From assembly GCA_023402845.1 (NCBI GenBank), contig JAEYFP010000066.1:5215-69214 (forward strand): a stretch of DNA of 64,000 nucleotides. The letters run 5' to 3'. The first letter of the stretch is position 1. Each line of letters begins with the position of its first letter. Origin of the DNA: Bacillota bacterium. Its GTDB lineage: Bacteria > Bacillota > Clostridia > Lachnospirales > Lachnospiraceae. Positions 9,248-18,229 of the stretch are shown here, one piece after another. The translations under genes and the position numbers were made by a program. The notes below the pieces were generated by a model. It was not told where the DNA came from, searched no databases, and saw nothing but the letters and a program-made list of their open reading frames with translations.

Positions 9248-10080
9248 GAATACAACATCGATGGATCAGAATTGTATTGACCGTCTTATTCGGTATTTGT
9301 GCGCTTACTTCGGTTTATCCGCTGTTTTGGATGTTTCTCAACTCCTTTAAGGATACGGCGGAAATTATGACGGGAAGCTCCTTTGGACTGCCGTCCTTTT
9401 GGAAGCTTGAGAATTATACGGATGCACTATTTAATAGAAACATCCTGAAATATTTTATGAACAGCATTCTTGTTACCGGCTTTACGCTGCTTTTGACTGT
9501 TGTTTCGTCAACGATGCTGGCTTATGCACTGACAAGAATGCGTTGGAAATGGGCGGGTAAAATCAACCGTCTGGTCGCGCTTGGAATTCTTCTGCCGTCC
9601 CAGATTGTCATTGTTCCTATTTTTATGATGCTCAGAAGCCTGCATTTAATTAATAGTCCGATTTCTCTCATTCTTACGATATCGGCATTTAATATTGCGA
9701 TGGCAACGCTGATGGCCTGCAGCTTTATGAAAGGAATTCCATATGAGATGGAGGAAGCGGCGGTTATGGACGGCGCAGGAATTTTTACGATTCTGTTTAA
9801 AATTATTGTACCGATCATACGTCCGGCTATTGCGACGATGTGTATCAACACCTTTATTAACAGCTGGAATGAATTCATTTATGCCCTGGTGTTAGTGAAC
9901 GGGGATCAGAACAAAACGCTGCCGATTGCATTGATGAATTACTCTTCTGGGAAATACGGAACAGATTATGGCGGAATGTTTGCGGCAATGGTGATTACGA
10001 GTATTCTTCCGATTTTGCTGTTTGTATTTTTCAGTAATCAGGTAGAAAAGACTTTTTCGGCAGGGGCAATTTTAAAATAG
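9244..10080 (+). CDS. Sugar ABC transporter permease (MalG/UgpE-like)
   Basis: EAA loop EEAAVMDGAGIFTILFKIIVPIIRP. A 4-nt ATGA overlap couples it to the upstream permease. Confidence 0.88.
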   Translation: MRIQHRWIRIVLTVLFGICALTSVYPLFWMFLNSFKDTAEIMTGSSFGLPSFWKLENYTDALFNRNILKYFMNSILVTGFTLLLTVVSSTMLAYALTRMRWKWAGKINRLVALGILLPSQIVIVPIFMMLRSLHLINSPISLILTISAFNIAMATLMACSFMKGIPYEMEEAAVMDGAGIFTILFKIIVPIIRPAIATMCINTFINSWNEFIYALVLVNGDQNKTLPIALMNYSSGKYGTDYGGMFAAMVITSILPILLFVFFSNQVEKTFSAGAILK

Positions 10081-10098
10081 ACAGGAGGCTGTTAAGAT

Positions 10099-12000
10099 AT
10101 GCAGATAACGTATCAGAATTATTTGGATAAAGTGTATGGGGGCTGGCTGGGTAAATGTCTGGGAGGAGCCGCCGGAGCTCCGGTGGAAGGATTTAAGAAA
10201 TTGATCTCCTATGAGCATTACAGTCAGGTGATCAGGACGGATCTTCCGAATGACGATTTGGATTTACAGCTTTTATGGCTGGAAGTCCTGAAAAAAAAGG
10301 GACCTTATATCAGCTCGAAGGATTTGGCGGATGCATGGAATGCGCAGTGCTGGTATCCATTCAGCGAATACGGCATCTTTTTAAAGAATTATGAAAGAGG
10401 GATTATGCCGCCCTACAGCGGTTCCTTTAACAATCCTGTTTTTCAGGAGGGAGAGGGCTGTCCGATCCGGTCTGAAATCTGGGGAATGGTTTTTCCGGGC
10501 GAACCCGGTCTTGCCTCCCAATATGCACATATGGATGCGGTAGTTGACCATGCAAAGGCATCCGACTGGATTGAACAATATTACTCGGCAATGGAGGCGG
10601 AAGCATTTTTTACGGAGGATGTGCAAGCCCTGATTACAGACCAGCTTCCCTATCTTCCGGCAGGTACCGATGCGAGGAATTGTGTGGAATTGATGCTGTC
10701 TGTTTATCGGGAGGATCAACATGACTGGAAGCGGGCAAGAAAGAAATTAATGAGAAAATTCGCTCATTTTGATTTTACCAATGCAATTACCAATCTTGGG
10801 ATTGTCATTTTGGCTCTTTTGTATGGAAACGGAGATCTGGATCATACAATTAATATTGCATTTCGATGCGGGTATGACACGGACTGCACCTGCGCTACGG
10901 CAGGAGCGCTCCTTGGCATTGTATTGGGGGCCGGAATGATTCCGGATGAATTAAAGCAGATGGCCGGTTCCGATTTTGTAATCGGTATTGCGGTTGACCG
11001 AAAAAATAATTCCATTTATGAGCTTGCAAAGGAAACCTGTCAGGTTGGATTAGGAATTGATCGATTAAATGGAAGGCGGATTATTCAAATCCCGGAAACT
11101 ATAGAGATTTTGGACTACATACAAAAAAGAGAAGCAATTACTATTACCGCAGACTATCAGGGAAAGCCGTCAATCGGAGCAGATGACTGCTGCAAAATAA
11201 AAATTACAGTAAAAAACAATACGGACAGCAGAGCAGAAGAGCGGCTGATCATCAGTGGTCTTCCGGAGGGCTTTTTGCTTTCCGATAATCACGTGCTTGT
11301 GATGCTGCCTGCAGGAGAAGAGCGTGCAGTGGAATTTACCTTCAGAACAGGGGAGGAGCTAAAGACCTTGGCAGAAAAAAATATTCTGAGGGTGTCGTTT
11401 GGCCAGGCGTCGGCCGGATTTGGAATTGCCGGGGCTGGCATATGGGAAGCGGTTGGGCCATATTTTGAGGCTCTGGAAAAGAAAGATCCGGAAGGGATGC
11501 CCTCTCCCCATGGAGCAGGCTGTGATCTGCCCACATTGGAATGCATGGTGAATAATGCCGTTTATTTAGATAAAACCTATCTGAATGAAGAAAATTTTTC
11601 GGCTGCATTTGCTGAGGAAGACAAAGAGCTGATAAATGCCTATGAGGATCTGATGCCCTTGGATGAAGTGTTCACCTTTAAAGGCCAGGGCTGCCTCTAT
11701 TTAAAGCAGACGCTCAAAGTAAAAGAAAATCGTGACGTGTGGGTCGTAATTGGCAATAATGACGGCTTTGCACTTTGGATCAATCAAGAGCAGGTAATGC
11801 AAAAGGATGAAATCCGTTTGTGGACACCGTACAATAATTATAAAATTGTACACCTGAACAAGGGAGATAATGAAATTGTGCTCAAGCTTCTTCGAAGGAC
11901 GGAAAGCCTGAAATTCAGTATTGGATTCCGGAAGTTTGAAGGCGAACATTTTCATAGAAAAAGATGGTATACGGATATGGAATATGTTGTTAAAAAATAA
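10099..12000 (+). CDS. ADP-ribosylglycohydrolase-family protein with ~300-aa C-terminal extension
   Basis: N-terminal half has YGGWLGKCLGGAAGAPVEG, DDLDLQLLWL and GYDTDCTCATAGALLGIVLGA, which are the ARH-fold metal-binding signature regions. The C-terminal half looks beta-rich (…NDGFALWINQEQV…GDNEIVLKLL…). Confidence 0.75.
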   Translation: MQITYQNYLDKVYGGWLGKCLGGAAGAPVEGFKKLISYEHYSQVIRTDLPNDDLDLQLLWLEVLKKKGPYISSKDLADAWNAQCWYPFSEYGIFLKNYERGIMPPYSGSFNNPVFQEGEGCPIRSEIWGMVFPGEPGLASQYAHMDAVVDHAKASDWIEQYYSAMEAEAFFTEDVQALITDQLPYLPAGTDARNCVELMLSVYREDQHDWKRARKKLMRKFAHFDFTNAITNLGIVILALLYGNGDLDHTINIAFRCGYDTDCTCATAGALLGIVLGAGMIPDELKQMAGSDFVIGIAVDRKNNSIYELAKETCQVGLGIDRLNGRRIIQIPETIEILDYIQKREAITITADYQGKPSIGADDCCKIKITVKNNTDSRAEERLIISGLPEGFLLSDNHVLVMLPAGEERAVEFTFRTGEELKTLAEKNILRVSFGQASAGFGIAGAGIWEAVGPYFEALEKKDPEGMPSPHGAGCDLPTLECMVNNAVYLDKTYLNEENFSAAFAEEDKELINAYEDLMPLDEVFTFKGQGCLYLKQTLKVKENRDVWVVIGNNDGFALWINQEQVMQKDEIRLWTPYNNYKIVHLNKGDNEIVLKLLRRTESLKFSIGFRKFEGEHFHRKRWYTDMEYVVKK

Positions 12001-12059
12001 TGTAAAAACTACTTGCTACCGGCAAACAGATGGGTTATCCTAATACAAGGGTGATTATC

Positions 12060-12533
12060 ATGGAGTCATGTAATGTAAAAGTCGTAGAGGGAAGCCCCTA
12101 TACGGAGGAAATCAAGCAGCTGATTACAGAATATACGAAGTTTCTGAATAGGGATCTTAACTTTCAGCATTTGCAGGAGGAATTGTCGGATCTGAAAATG
12201 AAATATACAAAACCAAACGGGGCGCTGTTTGCCGCGGTGGCTGAAAATGGAGAGGTGGCCGGTTGTGTGGCATTCTATCATCACAGCACTGTTCGATGCG
12301 AAATGAAGCGGCTTTATGTGAAGCCTGAATTTCGCAAGGCAAACATCGGACGGCGGCTGATTGAAGCTATTATTTTGGCTGCAAGACAGGATGGCTATCA
12401 GGAAATGGTGCTCGATACGATCAAGCCGCTCAGGAGTGCCATTCATTTGTATCGGGAGTATGGATTTGAGGAAATTCCGGCCTACTATCATAATCCGATG
12501 GAGGACGTGGTCTACATGAAGCTGGATGTATAG
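12060..12533 (+). CDS. GNAT family N-acetyltransferase
   Basis: Acetyl-CoA binding segment LYVKPEFRKANIGRRLIEAII. The start could be 12030 (ORF track) or 12060; I prefer 12060 because AGGGTG lies 5 nt upstream. Confidence 0.8.
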   Translation: MESCNVKVVEGSPYTEEIKQLITEYTKFLNRDLNFQHLQEELSDLKMKYTKPNGALFAAVAENGEVAGCVAFYHHSTVRCEMKRLYVKPEFRKANIGRRLIEAIILAARQDGYQEMVLDTIKPLRSAIHLYREYGFEEIPAYYHNPMEDVVYMKLDV

Positions 12534-12601
12534 AATCACTTATCAATAATAAAAGAAATCCGGTATTCGGTAGAGTGGTATCGGCAAAAAGGAGGAACAG
12601 T

Positions 12602-12892
12602 ATGATCAGACATATTGTAATGTGGAAATTCAAAGAGAACACAAAAAAGGAAATGCAGGAATTTTTGGACGGCTTGATGGGACTTAAGGGGCAGATCGAA
12701 GTGATTCGTCATATGGAGACGGGGGTCAGCGTAAACAGCGATAACAGCTATGATGCCGTGCTTGTCTGCGATTTTGATTCAACAGAGGATTTGAAGAGCT
12801 ACCAAAATGATCCCAGACATTTAAAGGTTGCCGGTTTGTGCAAGGAAATCCGCATATCCAGAGCCGATGTCGACTATGAAATAGAAGGCTAG
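12602..12892 (+). CDS. Dabb (stress-responsive alpha-beta barrel) domain protein
   Basis: MIRHIVMWKFKE...VLVCDFDSTEDLKSYQNDPRH is typical of the Dabb family. RBS AAAAGGAGGA precedes the ATG at 12602. Confidence 0.8.
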   Translation: MIRHIVMWKFKENTKKEMQEFLDGLMGLKGQIEVIRHMETGVSVNSDNSYDAVLVCDFDSTEDLKSYQNDPRHLKVAGLCKEIRISRADVDYEIEG

Positions 12893-12962
12893 TATATGAC
12901 AATTATAATCTGCTAAGTTGACAAATGTCAGGTTGTAAACAGAGAAAGACTGGATTAAAATT

Positions 12963-13008
12963 TAGATAGCTTCCTGTGCCGTATGGCCGGGGGCTGTCTA
13001 ATTTTTTT
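12963..13008 (+). terminator. Intrinsic terminator after the Dabb gene
   Basis: The stem TAGATAGCTTCC...GGGGGCTGTCTA has an inner GCC/GGC pairing and is followed by ATTTTTTT. Confidence 0.55.
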
Positions 13009-13132
13009 GTTATATAGGAAATTCCTTCGGATTTCCTATATAACAAAATATTATGCGCAGCTACGCGCGCGGAACAAAAGCTGCGCTGTCGGAGTAAATG
13101 ATCGCGAGAGTGGGCGAAGCACACTTTTGTTC
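13009..13132 (+). repeat. Family A structured repeat, copy A2
   Basis: H3 is TTATATAGGAAATTCC-TTCG-GATTTCCTATATAA (13010-13042). Then comes the palindrome GCGCAGCT(A)CGCGCGC. H4 is GAACAAAAGCTGCGCT...AGCACACTTTTGTTC (13072-13132). Confidence 0.85.
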
Positions 13133-13181
13133 TGTAGGATGCAAAATGTCAAGGATGTTCTATCATATGGGGGATGGGCGA

Positions 13182-14120
13182 ATGGGAGAGCGATTCAGGA
13201 AACATAAGGTTCTATTTGCAGCGTTGTATGCAGTGCTGCTGTTTGTGCTGTGGCATGGTTTTCAAAAAATAAAAAATACGTCAGATCTTATGGTCTATAC
13301 AGAAACGCAGACGGAGGAAAGCGCGGATGCAGACGAAAAGGTGAAATTTACAGGGAATAGCGGGATTGAATTTGACATTGGGAATACGGTGGAAAAGAAG
13401 CTTTGGACGCAGACGACAATTTATCCTAATAATATTCCGGATACATTTGTTATTGACGTATGTCTGCCGGAGGATTATGACGAACGCATTTCCTATCCGG
13501 TCGTGTACCTGACAGATTGTTATTGGCGCCGGGAGGATTATAAAAAAATCAGGAACCTGTATCAATCGGGGAAAACAAAAGAATTTATTTTAGTAGGGAT
13601 CGGATATCCCGACGATTATGATTTTGATACAATCAGGTCCCGTGAGTTGATTGATGATCCGGACAGCTTCCTTTCCTTGATTGTTAACGGGATTATGCCC
13701 TATGCGGAAAGCAGTTATAACATTGATGCTGCGGACAGAACGTTCTGCGGAGCTTCCTACGGCGGCTATTTTATGCTATACAGTCTGTTTCAGAGTGACG
13801 GCATTACAGAGGATGTCTTTAAGAATTATATACTTGCCAGCCCGACTTTTCAGAAAAAGAGCTACGGACAGTATCTGGCTGCTTATGAAGAAGATTACCG
13901 AAACCGCGGAAACACTGATCTAAATGCGAATGTCTATATGACTGTAGGCGCAGAAGAGAGTTTTTATTTTGTCGAGTCCTTCGGTGATTTTATTGAACAG
14001 CTTGATAGCCGGGATTACAGCGGACTGAATGTGACCTCCAAAGTTTACGAGGGAAAGGAGCATTACACGGTCTGGGTACCGACGCTGCTGGAAGGACTTG
14101 AAATGTATCTTTCTAAATAA
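13182..14120 (+). CDS. Alpha/beta hydrolase, putative esterase family, N-terminally membrane anchored
   Basis: GASYGG nucleophile elbow, and a YPVVYLTDCYW block typical of the putative-esterase (enterochelin esterase-like) family. I chose the start at 13182 (GGGGGA RBS, then MGERFRKHKVLFAALYAVLLFVLW anchor). The ORF is open from 13098, but that stretch lies within repeat A2. Confidence 0.75.
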   Translation: MGERFRKHKVLFAALYAVLLFVLWHGFQKIKNTSDLMVYTETQTEESADADEKVKFTGNSGIEFDIGNTVEKKLWTQTTIYPNNIPDTFVIDVCLPEDYDERISYPVVYLTDCYWRREDYKKIRNLYQSGKTKEFILVGIGYPDDYDFDTIRSRELIDDPDSFLSLIVNGIMPYAESSYNIDAADRTFCGASYGGYFMLYSLFQSDGITEDVFKNYILASPTFQKKSYGQYLAAYEEDYRNRGNTDLNANVYMTVGAEESFYFVESFGDFIEQLDSRDYSGLNVTSKVYEGKEHYTVWVPTLLEGLEMYLSK

Positions 14121-14176
14121 TTATACAGATTTTAACTATACAAAATCGAGATTCTTGTGCTATACTCATAGATAAG

Positions 14177-14208
14177 CGCAAACAGGCAGGGGTGACTGTC
14201 TGTTTGCG
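14177..14208 (+). promoter_or_regulatory. Hairpin in the azlC upstream region (terminator of the esterase gene or leader attenuator)
   Basis: CGCAAACAG (14177-14185) pairs with CTGTTTGCG (14200-14208) and is followed by TTATATTT. It lies downstream of an extended -10 (TGcTATACT at 14158-14166). Confidence 0.35.
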
Positions 14209-14242
14209 TTATATTTACGAAGGAAATTGGAGCAATGATGCA

Positions 14243-14956
14243 ATGAGCAAACGAAGAAAAACGGCGACACAGGCACTTAAAGCGGCGTTCCCATATACAA
14301 TCCCGATTTTTGCTGGCTTTTGGTTTTTGGGACTGACCTACGGAATCTATATGCATGCTTCCGGCTTCAGCTTTTTATATCCGATGTTTATGAGCGTACT
14401 TATTTTTGGCGGTTCTCTGGAATTTGTAGCGGTGAACCTGCTTCTGGGTGCATTCAATCCTCTGCAGGCGTTTACGATGACATTGATGATCCAGGCGCGT
14501 CATCTGTTTTACGGGATTTCCATGCTGGATAAATTTAAGGATACGGGCTGGAAAAAGCCATACTTGATTTTTGGCATGTGCGACGAGAGCTTTTCAATTA
14601 ATTACACGGCAGAAATACCGGAAAATATCGATCCGGGCTGGTTTATGTTCTGGGTCACGGCGCTTAATCATTTTTATTGGTTTTTCGGCTCGACTCTCGG
14701 CGGGGTACTAGGTCAATTTTTAAAATTCAATACAGATGGTCTGGAATTTGTTATGACTGCGATGTTTACCGTGATTTTTCTCGAACAGTGGATGAAGGAA
14801 AAAAAACATTTTTCGGCGCTGATCGGAATTGGCTGTGCACTGCTTTGCCTGATTCTGTTTGATTCGGAAGATTTCATGATCCCGACGATGGTTGCAATAC
14901 TTGGGTTTCTGACGGTCTGCAGGAAGCCGATTGAAAAGGGAGGTGGCGCCGCATGA
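14243..14956 (+). CDS. azlC: AzlC family branched-chain amino acid transport protein
   Basis: Multi-TM protein starting [23 protein letters not shown]. It is paired with a downstream AzlD-like gene through a 4-nt overlap. Confidence 0.82.
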   Translation: MSKRRKTATQALKAAFPYTIPIFAGFWFLGLTYGIYMHASGFSFLYPMFMSVLIFGGSLEFVAVNLLLGAFNPLQAFTMTLMIQARHLFYGISMLDKFKDTGWKKPYLIFGMCDESFSINYTAEIPENIDPGWFMFWVTALNHFYWFFGSTLGGVLGQFLKFNTDGLEFVMTAMFTVIFLEQWMKEKKHFSALIGIGCALLCLILFDSEDFMIPTMVAILGFLTVCRKPIEKGGGAA

Positions 14957-15288
14957 CGACGATGACATTGACACAGCAGATCATAACTATCGCAGTCTGT
15001 ATTTTAGGGACGATGCTGACGCGGTTTCTCCCATTTTTCATCTTTTCAGGGAAAAAACCGGCGCCCTCCTATGTGCAGTATCTCGGGAAGGCGCTGCCGT
15101 CTGCAATTTTTGGTATGCTGATTATTTATTGCTTAAAGGATGTCAGTGTGTTTACGGGTACGCGTGCCGTTCCTGAACTGATTTCGATCGCAGTTGTTGT
15201 GGGGCTGCACCTTTGGAGAAGACAGATGCTTTTGTCCATTGCAGGCGGAACGGTATGCTATATGCTGCTGATACAATTTTTGTTCTAA
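14953..15288 (+). CDS. azlD: AzlD family branched-chain amino acid transport protein
   Basis: 111-aa hydrophobic protein, translationally coupled to azlC. Confidence 0.78.
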   Translation: MTTMTLTQQIITIAVCILGTMLTRFLPFFIFSGKKPAPSYVQYLGKALPSAIFGMLIIYCLKDVSVFTGTRAVPELISIAVVVGLHLWRRQMLLSIAGGTVCYMLLIQFLF

Positions 15289-15312
15289 ATTGAAATAGGA
15301 AAGGGGTACCTG

Positions 15313-16041
15313 ATGAAAAATGCAATCGAAATAAAAGGACTGGGTAAAAACTATCGGGATTTTTCGCTGAAGGATATCAGTTTCAGTTTGCCGGAGGGAA
15401 GCATTCTGGGGCTTGTCGGGGAAAACGGTGCAGGAAAAAGCACGACGATCAATCTGATCATGAATGCAATTTCCCGTGACAGCGGTACGGTTACTGTGCT
15501 TGGAACAGATAATCAATCGAAGGACTTTTTGCAGGTGAAGGAGGATATTGGCGTTGTACTGGATGAGGCCTATTTTCCGGCGGTCATTTCTGCCGCAAAC
15601 GTCAACTCGATCATGAAATATACCTATCGAAACTGGAATGAGCAGGAATACTTTTTATATCTGAAAAAATTTGATCTGCCGCAAAAGAAGATGTTTAAGG
15701 ACTATTCCAGAGGAATGAAAATGAAGCTGGCGATTGCTGTGGCCTTATCACACGGTTCGCGGCTTTTGGTGTTGGATGAGGCAACAAGCGGACTGGACCC
15801 AATTGTTCGGGAAGAGATACTGGATATTTTCAAGGAGTTTTCCGCAAATGCGGAACACTCTATTCTGCTGTCCTCCCACATCGTCAGCGACCTGGAGAAG
15901 CTCTGTGACTATATCGCATTTATCCACAAGGGAAAGCTGCTGTTCTGTGAGAAAAAGGAAAAGCTGCTCGAGGATTATGCGCTGTCGGAGCATACGACGC
16001 TCGAGGATATTATTCTGTTTATGGCAAGGAAAGGAGAATAG
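15313..16041 (+). CDS. ABC transporter ATP-binding protein (ABC-2 subfamily)
   Basis: Walker A GENGAGKST, signature YSRGMKMKL, Walker B LLVLDEATSGLD. Confidence 0.9.
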   Translation: MKNAIEIKGLGKNYRDFSLKDISFSLPEGSILGLVGENGAGKSTTINLIMNAISRDSGTVTVLGTDNQSKDFLQVKEDIGVVLDEAYFPAVISAANVNSIMKYTYRNWNEQEYFLYLKKFDLPQKKMFKDYSRGMKMKLAIAVALSHGSRLLVLDEATSGLDPIVREEILDIFKEFSANAEHSILLSSHIVSDLEKLCDYIAFIHKGKLLFCEKKEKLLEDYALSEHTTLEDIILFMARKGE

Positions 16042-16042
16042 C

Positions 16043-16669
16043 ATGAAGGCGTTATTAATTAAGGACTTCTATATGTTGATTAAGCAGATGAAGACTTTTA
16101 TCATCCTCATTCTGGTCTTTGCGATTATGCCCGGCACCTCTGTGACGGCATTTGCAATCGTCTACTCCGCAATGATTCCTATGACGGCAATTGCTTATGA
16201 CGAGGGATGCAAATGGAACCGGTTTGCAGCGATGATGCCCTATTCCGTAAAAATTCTTGTATTTGAAAAATATTTATTCGGCTATATCATGGTCGTTCTT
16301 GCGGCGATTCTTTCCGCGCTGTCGGAGTTGATTTCGGGTCTTGTGACAGGAGAAGGATTCAGCGTCGAAAAGCTCACGGTCATCATGGCGGTTGTTTGTG
16401 TTGCCTTGATCATGCAGGCTTTGAATCTTCCGTTTATTTATAAGCTTGGTGTGGAAAAGGGCCGTTTTGTATATCTGGCATTTTTTGTTCTTGTATTCGC
16501 TGTTCTGGGATTGTTCGAAATAAATACGGTGCCTGTGATCGGTATGCTGCCGAATATTCAAATCAGCATTCTGCTTTTGGGACTGCTTCTTTTGGCTGTG
16601 ACAATTATTTGTAATGTGGGCTCCGTTTTGTTGTCCGCACGGTTTTATGAAAAGAAAAACTACCAATAA
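16043..16669 (+). CDS. ABC-2 type transporter permease
   Basis: Starts MKALLIKDFYMLIKQMK at 16043, 1 nt after the ATPase stop, with six hydrophobic segments. The longer ORF from 15734 runs out of frame through the ATPase gene. Confidence 0.78.
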   Translation: MKALLIKDFYMLIKQMKTFIILILVFAIMPGTSVTAFAIVYSAMIPMTAIAYDEGCKWNRFAAMMPYSVKILVFEKYLFGYIMVVLAAILSALSELISGLVTGEGFSVEKLTVIMAVVCVALIMQALNLPFIYKLGVEKGRFVYLAFFVLVFAVLGLFEINTVPVIGMLPNIQISILLLGLLLLAVTIICNVGSVLLSARFYEKKNYQ

Positions 16670-16687
16670 TACAGTTGCGGGAGGAAA

Positions 16688-17314
16688 GTGCTTTTGAATG
16701 CAGTGACAATCGTTTTATTGGCGGTCGGCCTTGCGATGGACGCATTTGCGGTAGCTGTCTGCAAAGGGCTTGCCATGCAGAAGATTACGGTGAGAAAATG
16801 TCTGGTCGTCGGCGCATGGTTTGGTATTTTTCAGGCGCTGATGCCATTTACCGGCTATCTGCTGGGTACCCGGTTTGAACGGCTTATCGTGACCGCAGCA
16901 CCCTGGGCGGCGTTTGGACTGCTCGGATTCATCGGAGCAATGATGATTTGGGAGGCTCTGAGTGAAAAAGAGGAATGCGGTTGTGAGTGCGGCTCCCTGC
17001 AGAATGAGAGCGATATTCTTTCCATAAAAGAAATGTTTATGCTGGCCGTAGCAACGAGTATCGATGCGATGGCGGTAGGGGTGACGTTTGCGTGTGTACC
17101 GGTTACCATCGTGCGTGAGGGTGCCCGTCTGACCAATACGCTGCTGGCCTGCGGGACGATCGGTGTGATCACGTGTCTGCTCTCGATCCTCGGCGTGAAG
17201 ATTGGAAATGTGTTTGGTACAAAATATCAAAAGCGCGCAGTGCTTTCGGGCGGAATTCTGCTTGTGCTGCTTGGAATTAAAACATTGTTCGAGAGTATTC
17301 CCGGTTTTTTTTAA
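16688..17314 (+). CDS. mntP: Manganese efflux pump MntP
   Basis: Two repeated DAFAV/DAMAV motifs (LAMDAFAVAVCKG and SIDAMAVGVTFA) in a 6-TM protein. GTG start after GGGAGG. Confidence 0.85.
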   Translation: MLLNAVTIVLLAVGLAMDAFAVAVCKGLAMQKITVRKCLVVGAWFGIFQALMPFTGYLLGTRFERLIVTAAPWAAFGLLGFIGAMMIWEALSEKEECGCECGSLQNESDILSIKEMFMLAVATSIDAMAVGVTFACVPVTIVREGARLTNTLLACGTIGVITCLLSILGVKIGNVFGTKYQKRAVLSGGILLVLLGIKTLFESIPGFF

Positions 17315-17337
17315 GGCTGTGAAAGGAGGATAAACAT

Positions 17338-18204
17338 ATGCATGAGATTATGGCGAAGGGAATCCTGTCGGCACAAAACGGAATGAATGTTTATCGCGGC
17401 TGTCAGCATGGCTGTATTTATTGCGATGCAAGAAGCACCTGCTATCAGATGCGGCATGCTTTCGAGGATATCGAGGTTAAGAAAAATGCGCCCGAGCTGT
17501 TAGAGGATGCGCTTAGACGGAAAAGAAAAAAATGTATGATTTCCACCGGTGCAATGACAGACCCATATATTCCGCTGGAAACAGAGCTTTGTATAACAAG
17601 GAAATGCCTGGAAATTATTGACCGTTATGGATTTGGCGTGGCAATTCAGACAAAATCAAATCGAATTATGCGGGATATAGACCTGCTCAAAAGTATTCAT
17701 CAGAAATCCAAATGTGTTGTAGAAATGACATTGACGACTTACTCAGAGGAGCTGTGTAAAATCGTGGAACCGCATGTCTGCACGACGAAGGAACGGTTTG
17801 AGGTACTGAAGGCTATGCAGGCAGAGGGCATTCCTACTGTTGTGTGGCTGAGTCCGATCTTACCTTATATTAATGATACGATGGAAAACATAGAAGGAAT
17901 TCTGGATTATTGTGTCAAAGCAGGTGTCAAGGCGATCCTCTGCTTTGGAATCGGACTGACACTGCGGGAAGGGGACAGGGAATATTATTACACAATGCTG
18001 GACAGGCACTTTCCGGGGCTGAAGGAGCGGTATATCCAAAACTACGGAAATGCTTATGAACTGAATTGCCCGGACAGTGAAGTACTGATGCGGCGCGTAA
18101 GGGATACCTGCAGGGAGCATGGAATTATGCTCGGTGTAGAGAATGTCTTTTCTTATCTGCATACATACGAGGGAAAAGGCTATGAACAGATGTCCTTGTT
18201 TTGA
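17338..18204 (+). CDS. Radical SAM protein (COG1533 / SPL-like family)
   Basis: CQHGCIYC is a CX3CX2C cluster motif near the N-terminus. The 288-aa length is typical of this family. Confidence 0.75.
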   Translation: MHEIMAKGILSAQNGMNVYRGCQHGCIYCDARSTCYQMRHAFEDIEVKKNAPELLEDALRRKRKKCMISTGAMTDPYIPLETELCITRKCLEIIDRYGFGVAIQTKSNRIMRDIDLLKSIHQKSKCVVEMTLTTYSEELCKIVEPHVCTTKERFEVLKAMQAEGIPTVVWLSPILPYINDTMENIEGILDYCVKAGVKAILCFGIGLTLREGDREYYYTMLDRHFPGLKERYIQNYGNAYELNCPDSEVLMRRVRDTCREHGIMLGVENVFSYLHTYEGKGYEQMSLF

Positions 18205-18229
18205 TTTTAATTAAAATTGAGCAGACTCT

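Noticed and set aside
12903-13207. ORFs 12903-13124(-) and 12983-13207(+), together with similar ORFs at 21917-22174(+), 22108-22308(-) and 22150-22356(+)
   Set aside because: All overlap family A or C repeat copies, so their similarity is at the nucleotide level and includes hairpin symmetry. They lack RBSs, and they overlap on both strands.
15734-16042. N-terminal 100-aa extension of the ABC-2 permease ORF (ORF track start 15734)
   Set aside because: The extension runs out of frame through the 3' half of the ABC ATPase gene. A proper ATG at 16043 with GGAG upstream gives a normal permease N-terminus.
16670-16687. yybP-ykoY manganese riboswitch upstream of mntP
   Set aside because: The gap to the preceding ABC-2 permease gene is only 18 nt, which leaves no room for a riboswitch. 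mntP appears co-transcribed with the exporter genes.
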